Of a stretch of 64,000 nucleotides of DNA, positions 36,491 through 46,707 are shown piece after piece. The stretch is from a virus. Positions within the stretch are counted from its first letter, which is position 1. Each line of letters opens with the position of its first letter. The DNA is taken from positions 52,442 through 116,441 of the IMG/VR virus record IMGVR_UViG_3300032213_003587. The stretch is one strand, 5' to 3'. A program made the translations under genes and the position numbers. The notes beneath the pieces are model-generated. The model was given only the letters and a program-made list of their open reading frames with translations, was not told the origin of the DNA and made no database searches.

Positions 36491-37374
36491 TGATATTCCT
36501 TTGGAGTATTGCGATCACCTTTTCTGCACAGGTTGAGATTGGCAGCTACCTCGCCGATCACCTCTTGACGAGTAGCGGTAAATCGATAATCGAACTCTCG
36601 ACTAAATCGTTCGTTGTTAATAACAAAGTCATACACACCGGCTCGGTCCGGCGTCTCTTGTAATTCTACATCCATATAATGACATACATCTTCCGCAATG
36701 TCAATTACTCTGTCATTGAAACTGCAGAGATCATAGATTCCACTGCGCGGCGCCGGCACATCAATCATGGCTTCCATGGCACCACAGACATCACTCAATG
36801 CCAAAATCGGTCGGCGCACATACTTGTTGTTCACCGTAATCTTGCCTTGACTGACTGCATTGTTGACCATGGCATTGATCATCAGTTCCGATCTTAGATT
36901 GGTGCTAAAACCGTTCACAGTACCAAATCGCAGACCCAGAATTTTATAGCCGTCGTTGATGAAACGCTGGGCTTCTAGATCCAGCACATACTTGGTGATG
37001 TCATAGTTGTTTACTGGTTGGAATACACTGCTGTTGGCATTGCCATACACCGATCCGGAGCTGGCATAGATCAATTGTTGATCACGTCGCATTTTACTGA
37101 CCAGGTCCACGAAGTTGCTGACATTGTTGCGCCAGCTGTGCTGTATTTCGTTGTCACACATCTTGACGCCGCTGTGGCCGGCCAGCAGAATAATTACATC
37201 GGCGGCCTTGACTACATCAGCGGGGAGATTGCGATAATCTTTGACAATGGTTTTGGCACTACCAGCACCAAACCATTCTGTGTCTACACCGGCCACATCG
37301 TGCAGGTCGTCTAGATGTTTTTCCAAACGACTACCAATATAACCGGCATTACCAATGATTAAAATTTTCTTCAT
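36487..37374 (-). CDS. NAD-dependent sugar epimerase/dehydratase
   Basis: GNAGYIG, YASSGSVYG, YxxxK (YDITK), LRFGTV. Confidence 0.9.
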   Translation of the reverse strand: MKKILIIGNAGYIGSRLEKHLDDLHDVAGVDTEWFGAGSAKTIVKDYRNLPADVVKAADVIILLAGHSGVKMCDNEIQHSWRNNVSNFVDLVSKMRRDQQLIYASSGSVYGNANSSVFQPVNNYDITKYVLDLEAQRFINDGYKILGLRFGTVNGFSTNLRSELMINAMVNNAVSQGKITVNNKYVRRPILALSDVCGAMEAMIDVPAPRSGIYDLCSFNDRVIDIAEDVCHYMDVELQETPDRAGVYDFVINNERFSREFDYRFTATRQEVIGEVAANLNLCRKGDRNTPKEYQ

Positions 37375-38276
37375 TTAAGTCTCGAATACATGTTGGGTTC
37401 AATGGTTAATTTGCTCTTCACTTCATCAATCTTACCCAGTAATTTATCACCCCAGTTTGTCCACAGCGTGTCGTCATCTTCTTCGTTGAGGTTCTGTCTC
37501 CACCAACTATCTAATGCTACTTCAGTAAATGTATCTTCGGGCGGACGATCAAATCTATAACCTCTGGGCTGTTTAATACGAGTAAACCATTCATAGCTCT
37601 TGCACCAGTAGTGATTGATACGAATGATATTATGGCTTGGTGTACCACCTTGATTCCAGCCCTGATGAGGAAGAATTGGACGACCTTCTAAATCTGTGGT
37701 ACCAAATTCTGTGGTGTAGACATGCGGATTGGTTGCTTTGACCCAACCACCGCGACCACGGCCGCGTACCACGCTCTTCATGTGATGATGCAAGGGATGA
37801 TTTAAATGACCACGTTTAGTATAGGCCTGAGTTACCAGCGGAGGGCAATCGCCGGGCTCGTTATGACCATTGCTGCCATAGTAGGTCCAGTAAATGCCTA
37901 GAGCGGAAATTGGATCATCCCAATGGTCCCAGAAGATATCCTTCACGGTTTTATCGGCACCCACTGGCATCATAAACTCATCGGTATCATTATAACTGAT
38001 CCAATCACATTCCGGACGATAGGTGTCCAGGTAATGCTGCATCATGGGATAGCTTACATTGTGACCTTCTACATCATGAATAGTAATGTCATAGTGATCG
38101 CTGAGTTGTTCGTAGATTTCACGAGTGTTATCTTCACTCATGTGATTATAGATATAGAACTTGCTAAAGCCCTGCAAGAGATGCCAGCTCACCCATTCAA
38201 CAATCCATTTACTTTCATTCTTTTGAATACTGGCAATACCCAGTACCTGCTCATCTTTGGTCATATCAATCCTCAA
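37371..38276 (-). CDS. GT92/GT2-like glycosyltransferase
   Basis: KNE..WIVEWV.WH, DTDEF, KS, RINHY..KS. Confidence 0.8.
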   Translation of the reverse strand: MRIDMTKDEQVLGIASIQKNESKWIVEWVSWHLLQGFSKFYIYNHMSEDNTREIYEQLSDHYDITIHDVEGHNVSYPMMQHYLDTYRPECDWISYNDTDEFMMPVGADKTVKDIFWDHWDDPISALGIYWTYYGSNGHNEPGDCPPLVTQAYTKRGHLNHPLHHHMKSVVRGRGRGGWVKATNPHVYTTEFGTTDLEGRPILPHQGWNQGGTPSHNIIRINHYWCKSYEWFTRIKQPRGYRFDRPPEDTFTEVALDSWWRQNLNEEDDDTLWTNWGDKLLGKIDEVKSKLTIEPNMYSRLK

Positions 38277-39231
38277 ATAGAATTTCTTTCAATCTGCGTT
38301 GGCAACTTGTCCAGCTCCAGTCCTCCTGCATGCGTCGCACCGCATCGGCGTGCTTTTCTATGGCACCGGTGATGCTGCGATCCGGATAGGCTCGGCAATA
38401 GCTATGTATGTGTCGGAATGTTTCATTGCGACTAACTAACAAGGGACGACCCGATGCAATGGCCTGATCGGTAACCGCGGCCAGGCCGGGCATATGACGA
38501 TCATACATGAACATATTCAGGGTATTGCGACTGCACCATCGAATCAATTCTTCATCGGTAAAAAACTCACGAGTGAATTCTACTTCAATGCCGGGCCGAG
38601 CCTTGGACAAACAGGATTGACGAATCATTTCATACATGGTGTCCTGTGGATCAGCATAGCTGGCCTTGGGAATATTGATCTTAATCTTGGCTTCGTTCAA
38701 TTCCTTGGCCGCGGCTTCCACAATGCGATCAAAGTATTTGTCCTGAGTAGCAAATCCAAAGCTGCCGATTACTGGAACATCCTGATGCTGATATTCATCA
38801 ACAACAGCAGAAGGAATAGGTCTAGGGAAGGCATGAAAGCGAGCATTGTTGCTAACAAAAGTAGGATCCATAACCAGATAGCCATCAAAGTCGTCACTGA
38901 ATAATCGACTATACGGGTTATTGGGCTCCATCTCCAGGATGATGCTATATTTAATTCCAGCCAATCTTGCAAAGTTTTCCGACCGGATATTCTCAGTACC
39001 ACGCATAGTAATATCGTGGTAATTAAAGATGTAAACATCGTAGGGCTCTAGCTCCTGATCATTAACAACAATGCGCCCCTGATAGAGGGCAGCCACATCA
39101 AAGTCCGGAATTTCTACGTAGTCCATGTCCCAGTGCTCGGCATCAGCCAAGGCACTGTAGATTTGGAGACCTGATTTATAGATGCTGCAGTTGGCTTCTC
39201 GTGTATTGAGAAATAGAAATCTTGGTTTCAT
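38266..39231 (-). CDS. Putative GT-B glycosyltransferase (paralog of 22470-23432)
   Basis: CSI, IGSFGF, WCSRNTLNMFMYD, DQAIASGRPL, FRH. Confidence 0.6.
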   Translation of the reverse strand: MKPRFLFLNTREANCSIYKSGLQIYSALADAEHWDMDYVEIPDFDVAALYQGRIVVNDQELEPYDVYIFNYHDITMRGTENIRSENFARLAGIKYSIILEMEPNNPYSRLFSDDFDGYLVMDPTFVSNNARFHAFPRPIPSAVVDEYQHQDVPVIGSFGFATQDKYFDRIVEAAAKELNEAKIKINIPKASYADPQDTMYEMIRQSCLSKARPGIEVEFTREFFTDEELIRWCSRNTLNMFMYDRHMPGLAAVTDQAIASGRPLLVSRNETFRHIHSYCRAYPDRSITGAIEKHADAVRRMQEDWSWTSCQRRLKEILFED

Positions 39232-39243
39232 AATTTACCATGG

Positions 39244-40221
39244 TTAAGCCCACACCTCTTCCCAGTTACCACTCAAGGCACCTTTGGCATAGTCTGTGGC
39301 GCGATTTTCAAAAAAGTTCGTATGAGTTGGAGCATTGATCATTTCTTCAACCCAAGGCAAAGGATTCTTTTTAACTTTGAAGATACCTTTTAGACCAAGA
39401 CTAATCAGACGGCGATCAGCGATATAACGTATATATTGTTTGACTTCGGCAGCAGTTAAATTTTCCATGCTGTTCACACCAAAGGCCAGGTCAATAAATT
39501 TATCTTCGAGCTCCACCATCTTTTCTGCGATTGAATAGATGCGTTCTTTGAGTTCGTCGTTCCAGATTTGCTTGTTCTCTTCCACATAGGTGCGGAACAG
39601 TTTGATCATGCTCTCGCAGTGCTGAGTCTCATCCACGATTGACCAGGTAATAATCTGTCCCATGCCCTTCATTTTACCGTGGCGTGGGAAGTTAAGTAGC
39701 ATGATAAAGGAACTGAATAACTGCATGCCTTCGGTGAAAGCACTGAATACTGCAATGTGAGCAGCAGTACTAGCAACATCGCCATTCTGTGCGCTAATAC
39801 CAAGTACGTAATCATGTTTATCCTTCATCTCCTGATATTCCAGAAATTCCGCATAGGTTGAATCTGGCATACCCAGAGTCTCAATGAGGTGACTATAGGC
39901 AGCTACATGCAAGGCTTCACGCGCAGCAAATCCCAGCAACATCATGCGAACTTCGGGCTGTTTAAAATACGGCAGATAGTTCTTTACATAACCACCGGCC
40001 ACATCAATGTCGCCCTGTGTAAAGAAACGAAAGATGTTGGTCAAGAAGGTCTTTTCAGCTTCGGTTAATTTGTTCTTCCAATCTTTGACATCTTCCAACA
40101 TGGGTACTTCGGTATGCAGCCAATGACTCTGTTCGTGTTTCAACCAGCTGTCATAGGCCCAGGGATAGTTAAAGGGCTTGAAACTATTTCTATCGTCTGT
40201 TAAATTGGTTTTTTTCTTCAT
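39244..40221 (-). CDS. nrdB: Ribonucleotide reductase class Ia beta subunit
   Basis: FFTQGDIDV, EALHVAAY, EGMQLFSSF, DETQH, NFFE.RATDY. Confidence 0.96.
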   Translation of the reverse strand: MKKKTNLTDDRNSFKPFNYPWAYDSWLKHEQSHWLHTEVPMLEDVKDWKNKLTEAEKTFLTNIFRFFTQGDIDVAGGYVKNYLPYFKQPEVRMMLLGFAAREALHVAAYSHLIETLGMPDSTYAEFLEYQEMKDKHDYVLGISAQNGDVASTAAHIAVFSAFTEGMQLFSSFIMLLNFPRHGKMKGMGQIITWSIVDETQHCESMIKLFRTYVEENKQIWNDELKERIYSIAEKMVELEDKFIDLAFGVNSMENLTAAEVKQYIRYIADRRLISLGLKGIFKVKKNPLPWVEEMINAPTHTNFFENRATDYAKGALSGNWEEVWA

Positions 40222-40862
40222 TACTTCTCCATTAGGGTGTCGACAAAATCCAACAATAATTTATGTTGTACGCCACCGTGATACTCGTTTTTCATCCAGC
40301 TGTGATAGGTGTACCAGATAGGTGTGCTTTCTGGATGACAGCCTATGATGCCGATGTTGTTTTGTATAATAGCCATGGGATCGCCATTGGCATATCTTGC
40401 AATCGTCGTAAATTTTGTTTCATCGCCTGCCAGGGCACAACCGTCGAAGAAGAACATTTTATGTGGTTCACCATTCCAGGTTATGGGCATGGCCTTGGCG
40501 TGCGGTCGTTTTGTATCAGTATTTGGTCTTGTAATATATTGCACAGCATCCACATCCTTTAGTATATCAAAATAATGACTGCCGGCCCAATATGCGCCCA
40601 TGCAGATACCCAAATACTTACCACCACGATTTAGAAAATCATATATCTTTGTTCCATTGTTATTGAACAGCTGATGCCAGGATTCGGAATCGCCTTCGCC
40701 ACCGGGAAATGCTACTAGATCTACATCATCAAAAAAATCTCGTTCTACTGTGTGCTTGGTAAAAATTTTAAATGTATAGTTGGGAGATAACGCTTCGATT
40801 ATACCATTGCCGCATTGTATGGAACATCGAGGGTGATGGATAAAAAGTGCTACTTTACGCAT
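40221..40862 (-). CDS. BPL_N-like class I glutamine amidotransferase-fold protein
   Basis: FPGG, YLGICMGAY, HPE triad. Confidence 0.8.
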   Translation of the reverse strand: MRKVALFIHHPRCSIQCGNGIIEALSPNYTFKIFTKHTVERDFFDDVDLVAFPGGEGDSESWHQLFNNNGTKIYDFLNRGGKYLGICMGAYWAGSHYFDILKDVDAVQYITRPNTDTKRPHAKAMPITWNGEPHKMFFFDGCALAGDETKFTTIARYANGDPMAIIQNNIGIIGCHPESTPIWYTYHSWMKNEYHGGVQHKLLLDFVDTLMEK

Positions 40863-40896
40863 TTTAATTTAATCTCCACTATTTGTCAATATATTT

Positions 40897-41661
40897 TTAA
40901 AGGCCAGGCCAGGCTGCAAGATTGGGTTTTTCGGTTTCGATGCGATTATTGGACGGCAGGGCAGGCATGAAATTGATGCCAGTGGCAGCTTCTACATCCG
41001 CAATGCTGACAGCATAGTGAGGAAGATCTTTAACCGGCAAGGCGGCATTTGGCATCAAAAAGGCTATGGCAGTATTGGACTTGGCATCAATCACTACTTT
41101 GAACAGACGGCTGGGTATGCCTACTTGACGACCGATGTTTTTATAACCGGGATCGTACACAGTGCCACTGACAACATAGATGTCGCGACCAGATCGAACC
41201 CAGCCTCGCACCGCTGTTTCCAGCTGTTTCCAGATGCCGCGATTGTTGTTGGGTACCTGTGGCACCATGTTGCTGAGGAAGAAACTTTCGCTCATTATTT
41301 CTGCGGTCTGAGTATTGTCGGCACCGGGACTGAGATGACCGCGGTCAAAGGGCAGGCCAGCATAATCGCCGAGCACCGACTGATGCTGTTTTGGCACATC
41401 TGGATCTGCTCTAAAATCGTCCTTGCGTTTGGCCGGACCGCTGATGCTGGCCAGGGTGAGGTGCTGTACTACATACTCCGCTGTCTTGGTGTCATAGCGA
41501 TAATGAATGGCATAGTTTTTCTTGCAGATGTACTGAGTATTGGCAGCAATGGCAGTAACCGGTGCGCCGTTGAATACAAATTGACCGCACTGGTCATCTA
41601 TGGGATTGGCTGCGGCTGCTGCACCAATCAAGCACAGAATCGCAAACATTATTTTTTTCAT
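40897..41661 (-). CDS. Secreted DNA/RNA non-specific endonuclease (NucA family)
   Basis: Signal peptide MKKIMF..., DRGH, SNMVPQ...NRGIW..LE; AAGGAG SD. Confidence 0.92.
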   Translation of the reverse strand: MKKIMFAILCLIGAAAAANPIDDQCGQFVFNGAPVTAIAANTQYICKKNYAIHYRYDTKTAEYVVQHLTLASISGPAKRKDDFRADPDVPKQHQSVLGDYAGLPFDRGHLSPGADNTQTAEIMSESFFLSNMVPQVPNNNRGIWKQLETAVRGWVRSGRDIYVVSGTVYDPGYKNIGRQVGIPSRLFKVVIDAKSNTAIAFLMPNAALPVKDLPHYAVSIADVEAATGINFMPALPSNNRIETEKPNLAAWPGL

Positions 41662-42314
41662 TGTTTTTTCTCCTTGGTTGTTTCGTACATCACAGTATCG
41701 GTATCTCCCAAAAACCATTTTGGATTTTGTTCCACCACATATTTTTTAGTGCAGACCTTGAAGTCCGGAAATTTAAGTTCCGGCGGGTTGCTGGCTGCAT
41801 CTAAAAATATGCAGCGGTTGTTGGGCTGGGCCGCATACTGTCCATTGTCTAGTTCAATAAAATTAAAACTCTTATGATCCTCCGGCCATTCAGCATAGCC
41901 GGTGTCCAATACATTGAAGTCCGGTGCACTGTGGTCCACGGTAAACATGTAGTTACCGTTGTAGAACTTTTTGTTTTTTGCGTAGAATTTGCAGCTGAGA
42001 TTGCTTAAAAATGCTTTTTTGACTACGGTAAAATCATGACTGAAACAATCCCAGATCTGCAGGGTGTCTAGATCCAAAAAATTCCGTGCGTCAATATTTT
42101 CTCGGCGAGACACAAACGCTGATATTGGTAACTTGTCATACAATGCTCCGTAGTTAGGTAGATAGGCTTCGATGCGAAATGCCTGGCCGCGAATGCTTTT
42201 TATGCTGACCCAGATGCAGGGTTCAAACTCGCCGTGCCCAGATTTAAAATCATATAAAAACTCTCGTCGAACCCAGCAGTGTATGGGTGGTATGTTGGCT
42301 GTTAAATGTGCCAT
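41658..42314 (-). CDS. Conserved phage hypothetical protein
   Basis: LQIWDCFS, YMFTVD, HKS, NGQYAAQPNNR. Confidence 0.75.
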   Translation of the reverse strand: MAHLTANIPPIHCWVRREFLYDFKSGHGEFEPCIWVSIKSIRGQAFRIEAYLPNYGALYDKLPISAFVSRRENIDARNFLDLDTLQIWDCFSHDFTVVKKAFLSNLSCKFYAKNKKFYNGNYMFTVDHSAPDFNVLDTGYAEWPEDHKSFNFIELDNGQYAAQPNNRCIFLDAASNPPELKFPDFKVCTKKYVVEQNPKWFLGDTDTVMYETTKEKKQ

Positions 42315-42316
42315 GA

Positions 42317-44119
42317 TTATCCTTCGCAGGCTATGCAGACATCGTCACTGCTGGCCAGGGCCTTGAGATCAATTTCCTGGATTACCTGACGTTCAATTTT
42401 TTTAGCTACTTTATCGGCTTTGCCAATTTTTTCGCTTCGGCAATAGTATAAAGTCTTGAGACCGCTCTTCCAGGCTTGAAAATGTACTGCATGAATATAC
42501 TTGACATTTGCGTCGGGTCGGAAGAAGAGATTGAGAGACTGAGCTTGGTCGATATGGGTCTGCCGGTCAGCGGCATGCTGTACAAGCCATCGTTGGTCGA
42601 TTTCCATGCTGGTTTTGAACACATCTCGAGTCCAGTCGTCCAATAGGTCGGTAAGGTGTTGCACGCTACCGTCGTTGGCAATGATGCTGGCCCAGATTTC
42701 GTTGTAGTCCAGGTCATGATCTGCGGCGCACTTTTCCTGGATGATTCGGTCCAGCCATTTGTTTTTATTGAGCATGCTTCCTGATAATGTGTCTTGTCGA
42801 TAAGCATTAGCACGTAGTGGCTCAATACTAGGGCTAGTATTACCCATGAGGATGGATGAACTAGCATTGGGAGCAATAGCCATAACATGAGCGAACCGGC
42901 GACCAGTGCCACTACAGTCAGGAGCTTCACCTCGTTCCTTACCCAATTCAATATTTGCATGATCTAATCCTTGACGAATGTGTTTAAAAATTTGTTGATT
43001 ACGACCTACGGCCATGGGACTTTCCCAGGCCAGATTGTTCTTCTGCAGATAAGCATGCCAGCCTAAAGCACCAACGCCGATGCTGCGCTCACGAGTAGCA
43101 GAGTAAATGGCTCGGCTGATTGCACTAGGAGCATTATCAATAAAATACTGCAGCACATTGTCCAGCATTTCAGCAACGTCTCGGAGGAACAAGGCATCAT
43201 GCTTCCACTCATCGTAGTATTCCAGGTTAAGCGAACTCAGGCAGCATACCGCGGTGCGTTCCTTGTTGGTGGGTAGAATAATTTCCGAGCATAGATTGCT
43301 TTGACGAATCTGCAGGCCGAGCTTCTTTTGAAACTCCGGCAAGGCTCGGTTACTGGCATCGATGAAGTGAATATATGGCTCACCGGTCTGCATGCGCATT
43401 TCCAGAATACGCTGCCAGAGTTCACGGGCACTGACTCGATCCTTGACCGTGCCGCTGTTGGGATCACGCAGTTCCCAGGTATCGTCTGCGGTTTTATCTA
43501 GCATGCAGCGTTCAATGATGTGCATGAAGTCATCGGTGATGTTGATGCCGTGATGCAGGTTCAGGGTGCGCATATTGGGATCACCCGTAGGCTTTCTCAT
43601 TTCAAGAAAACTAATAATGTCTGGATGGCTAATATCAAGATAAGCGGCATAACTACCGCGGCGAGTACGACCCTGACGATAGGCGAGACTTGAAGCATCA
43701 TATGTACGTAGATGAGGCATGATGCCCACAGACTTATCATCAGCACTGCGGATTCCCAGTCCAATTCCAACTCCTCCGCCCAGCATGCTGAGCCAGTTTA
43801 CTTCGCTGAGAGTGTCGACAAGACCTTCTGCACTATCATCCAAATAGGGAAGAAAGCAAGAAATAGGCAGACCACGCTTACTGCGGCCAAAAGATAAAAT
43901 AGGAGTGCTATAAGATAGCCAATGCCGACTGCTATAATCGTAAAGACGCTGAGCGTGAGCATCATTGCTTCCGAAACTTTTGCTAACATAGGCGAACCTT
44001 TCCTGTGGTGATTTCTCATCTTCCTTCATATAACTTTCCCGGAGACGCTTGATGCCTAATTCATCAAACAAATCGTCGCGAGAATAGTCTACCGTAATGC
44101 CGTGTATCTTACCTGACAT
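42317..44119 (-). CDS. nrdA: Ribonucleotide reductase class Ia alpha subunit (short, no evident ATP cone)
   Basis: PISCF, QSNLCSEI, VCCLSS, APNASSS, KTLYYCRS, C-terminal CIACEG. Confidence 0.96.
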   Translation of the reverse strand: MSGKIHGITVDYSRDDLFDELGIKRLRESYMKEDEKSPQERFAYVSKSFGSNDAHAQRLYDYSSRHWLSYSTPILSFGRSKRGLPISCFLPYLDDSAEGLVDTLSEVNWLSMLGGGVGIGLGIRSADDKSVGIMPHLRTYDASSLAYRQGRTRRGSYAAYLDISHPDIISFLEMRKPTGDPNMRTLNLHHGINITDDFMHIIERCMLDKTADDTWELRDPNSGTVKDRVSARELWQRILEMRMQTGEPYIHFIDASNRALPEFQKKLGLQIRQSNLCSEIILPTNKERTAVCCLSSLNLEYYDEWKHDALFLRDVAEMLDNVLQYFIDNAPSAISRAIYSATRERSIGVGALGWHAYLQKNNLAWESPMAVGRNQQIFKHIRQGLDHANIELGKERGEAPDCSGTGRRFAHVMAIAPNASSSILMGNTSPSIEPLRANAYRQDTLSGSMLNKNKWLDRIIQEKCAADHDLDYNEIWASIIANDGSVQHLTDLLDDWTRDVFKTSMEIDQRWLVQHAADRQTHIDQAQSLNLFFRPDANVKYIHAVHFQAWKSGLKTLYYCRSEKIGKADKVAKKIERQVIQEIDLKALASSDDVCIACEG

Positions 44120-44141
44120 TGTTACTCCAATTTAATTGTTG

Positions 44142-44402
44142 TTATTTAACTTCTTCGAATATTTTACGTTGACTGTCGTACCATTCTACCCAAGCGTCAT
44201 GCTTGATACGACATTCATGATATGTTGCATAATTTTGTGTTACTGTGCTGAGTATGTCGCTTAATTTTGATTCTACTGCTACCTTCTTTAAATCTGGACA
44301 GGTTACTTTTAATTCATTGGGTACTTCTGGAAATGTGCGTTTCACCGGTACAGCTGTTGAACATCCACCGAGCATTAAAAGTAAAACTAGAAATTTTTTC
44401 AT
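44142..44402 (-). CDS. Outer-membrane spanin (o-spanin) lipoprotein
   Basis: Lipobox LGGC; FPEVP...CP; NY..YHEC; overlaps the upstream TM coiled-coil gene. Confidence 0.8.
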   Translation of the reverse strand: MKKFLVLLLMLGGCSTAVPVKRTFPEVPNELKVTCPDLKKVAVESKLSDILSTVTQNYATYHECRIKHDAWVEWYDSQRKIFEEVK

Positions 44403-44848
44403 TTAGCTTCTCCCGGTGTTTCAGCAGCCCGATTGTGTATATCAATGACTGCAGGATCTATTTCGCATTTTTCGTTGATGACCTTTTCTACTTCTCGTAT
44501 CTTTTCCTGAACTACAATTTGAGTATCGTGCACCACCTTTGTTTTGGTGATGATTTTGTTTTTGATGACGGTGTTGACCTTCTGAGATTTGGCTTCGGCC
44601 GCCTTGATCTTTTCTTCAAGTTCTGCTACTCGGGCGCGCCATACTAATTCGTTTTCTAGACTGCCTTTGAAATACACAGAAATTAAAAGTATGCCAACAC
44701 AGACCAGACGAATAATTTTAGCATATCCGCCGATCATGGGCAATCGACTCAGCAGCCAGGTTGCTGCCAGCCCAATAACGCTGACTGCGATGGCTAGATT
44801 TACGGCTGCGGTAATCCAGGCATCGGGTATGAAGTTAAGCATCCACAT
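44399..44848 (-). CDS. Inner-membrane spanin (i-spanin)
   Basis: N-terminal TM segments, coiled coil, C-terminal Cys; CATAAATA late promoter at 44878-44885. Confidence 0.75.
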   Translation of the reverse strand: MWMLNFIPDAWITAAVNLAIAVSVIGLAATWLLSRLPMIGGYAKIIRLVCVGILLISVYFKGSLENELVWRARVAELEEKIKAAEAKSQKVNTVIKNKIITKTKVVHDTQIVVQEKIREVEKVINEKCEIDPAVIDIHNRAAETPGEAK

Positions 44849-44880
44849 GAACTTTTCCTTGTTATTATTTGGTCTTCTAT

Positions 44881-45597
44881 TTATGCAGATTTATCGGTCG
44901 AGTGATCAAACTCTATAATACTGGGGAATAATCGTGCAATTACTTCGGCGCATTGACGAGCCAGAATCTGATGCTCCAATTGAGTGCCTGGCTCGGTACG
45001 GACATCTATATAGTGCAGCCAGCTGCGCAGAGTTCCGTTGACATAGAGCCGGCTCATGGTCAATCCTTCGGGAAGAATTGCTCGGGCCTGTTCTTTGGCC
45101 ATGCCGTTTTCTATGGCCCATTTATAGGTAGAATCAACCCAATCAATGAGTTCTCGTTGTTTTTTCTCCCATACGTGAGCAAAATACGCCTGTTCCACGT
45201 CGTTTTTATCAATGGCAATGCTATTTTGTCGGTTCTTGGTGTCTTGTAGGCGCGCCTCACGAAAGACATAGTTAAAACCACTGCCCGCAAGTTCACTGAC
45301 ATCGGCATAGCGTTGACTGAATTCCTGAAAACTAAATGAGCGATGTCGCAGCAGTTGACGAGCTATGTCACGAGTTGTATTGACTTCGATGCAGATGTTG
45401 ACCATTTCAAACGGACTCCAGTGCCGATTCTTTACCAGATAGCGAATAAGTTTTTCCGATGTTTCAGTATTGTGTTGATTGCTGGGATTGCTCACTCGAG
45501 CGCAGTATGCCACCAGTTCCTGCAGATCACTGACTTCACCCACGCCAGCAAAATTCAAGGCCTGCTTACTATAACTAACTAACTGTGCATTTGACAT
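44881..45597 (-). CDS. thyX: Flavin-dependent thymidylate synthase
   Basis: HWSPFE, RHRSFSFQEFSQRY, EQARAILP, GTLRSW. Confidence 0.96.
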   Translation of the reverse strand: MSNAQLVSYSKQALNFAGVGEVSDLQELVAYCARVSNPSNQHNTETSEKLIRYLVKNRHWSPFEMVNICIEVNTTRDIARQLLRHRSFSFQEFSQRYADVSELAGSGFNYVFREARLQDTKNRQNSIAIDKNDVEQAYFAHVWEKKQRELIDWVDSTYKWAIENGMAKEQARAILPEGLTMSRLYVNGTLRSWLHYIDVRTEPGTQLEHQILARQCAEVIARLFPSIIEFDHSTDKSA

Positions 45598-46650
45598 TCA
45601 AACCCTCTTCCATACGTTAAATTGTGCCTGGGCCTTCAGACCCGCAAAACTATGCTCATCAATGATGTCCTGCAATCTTCGACTATTAAAGCCCGGATTG
45701 GCCAACACCACGTCGTTGATGTCTTTTTGTTCGGCAAAACGGCCCGGCCAGATAAAGACTCGATAGCCCGCATCAATCACCTTTTTATAAATCGCCACCA
45801 CTTCACGATTGCGCGGTTGATTGTCGATAACCACGGTGATGCGACGCTGCTCAATTCCAAGATCATCAAGCCGGCTAAAGCCAGTACCACCAACAGCAAC
45901 AGAATTTGGAAGAAATAGACTATCAATTGGACCCTCCACAGCGTAAACAGTGGTCAAAGGATTGATGTCTTCTCTACCAAAGATCAACGGAGCGTCCTCA
46001 TCAATGCGCACTACTATATATCGCAGAGCTTCACCGCGCAGGGCTCGGCAGGTTACGCCAACCAATCGTCCGGTGCGGTCTCTGAATGGCATGACCAGTC
46101 TAGGTTCCGCGGTTACTATCTTGTCCTGCATCCGGGGACTGAGCTGCACAATGCGGCGCATGTCATCGATAAAATACAAGCGACTCAGCTGATAGTTTGG
46201 TATGGCTCGAGCTCGGCAAAACTGTCGGACTTCGTGATCTTCGGGCAAGGTATTGACTCGGGGTAAGAGTTCATCCAATAGACTGGCCGGCGGTTCAAAA
46301 GTTTCTTCGGGCAGGGCAAAACTAAACTGACTCATCAAATCATGTTCGGGATTGCTGTGAGCCCGACGGTTCTCACCGTTGCTATATCGTTCCAAAGCAT
46401 ATTGACGATAGAGACCGTTGTCAAAGTTCTTCAAAAAGGTACCAAAATGCTGGCTGGCATCGCAGTTATGGCATTTATAGAATAGATCGTTTTTCTGTTT
46501 AAAGAAGTAGCCGCGAGCCTTGTTCTTCTTTTTACTGCTGTCGCCGCAGATGGTGCAACGACAGTTCCACAGATGATCGCTCTTCTTTTTAAATAACGGA
46601 AGACGACTACCGATCTGATTCAAATATTTGATGTCGATGTAAAGGCTCAT
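45598..46650 (-). CDS. gp61: DNA primase (gp61)
   Basis: CTICGDS...CHNC zinc finger, EGPIDSLF, DNQPRN, KDIND. Confidence 0.95.
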   Translation of the reverse strand: MSLYIDIKYLNQIGSRLPLFKKKSDHLWNCRCTICGDSSKKKNKARGYFFKQKNDLFYKCHNCDASQHFGTFLKNFDNGLYRQYALERYSNGENRRAHSNPEHDLMSQFSFALPEETFEPPASLLDELLPRVNTLPEDHEVRQFCRARAIPNYQLSRLYFIDDMRRIVQLSPRMQDKIVTAEPRLVMPFRDRTGRLVGVTCRALRGEALRYIVVRIDEDAPLIFGREDINPLTTVYAVEGPIDSLFLPNSVAVGGTGFSRLDDLGIEQRRITVVIDNQPRNREVVAIYKKVIDAGYRVFIWPGRFAEQKDINDVVLANPGFNSRRLQDIIDEHSFAGLKAQAQFNVWKRV

Positions 46651-46678
46651 GATTGGAAAAGGCTCCTATTAGAGCCTA

Positions 46679-46707
46679 AGTATATGATACTACTGTGAAA
46701 GAGTCAA
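46679..46707 (-). promoter_or_regulatory. Sigma70-type promoter TTGACT-N17-TATACT for primase
   Basis: Near-consensus; overlaps an SD-sequestering hairpin at 46660-46677. Confidence 0.7.

Noticed and set aside
41017-41877. 286-aa plus-strand ORF
   Set aside because: Antisense to the nuclease and its neighbour; not protein-like
42317-44119. Possible intron or intein in nrdA (also checked nrdB, thyX, primase)
   Set aside because: Frames are continuous, lengths are normal and no splicing motifs were seen
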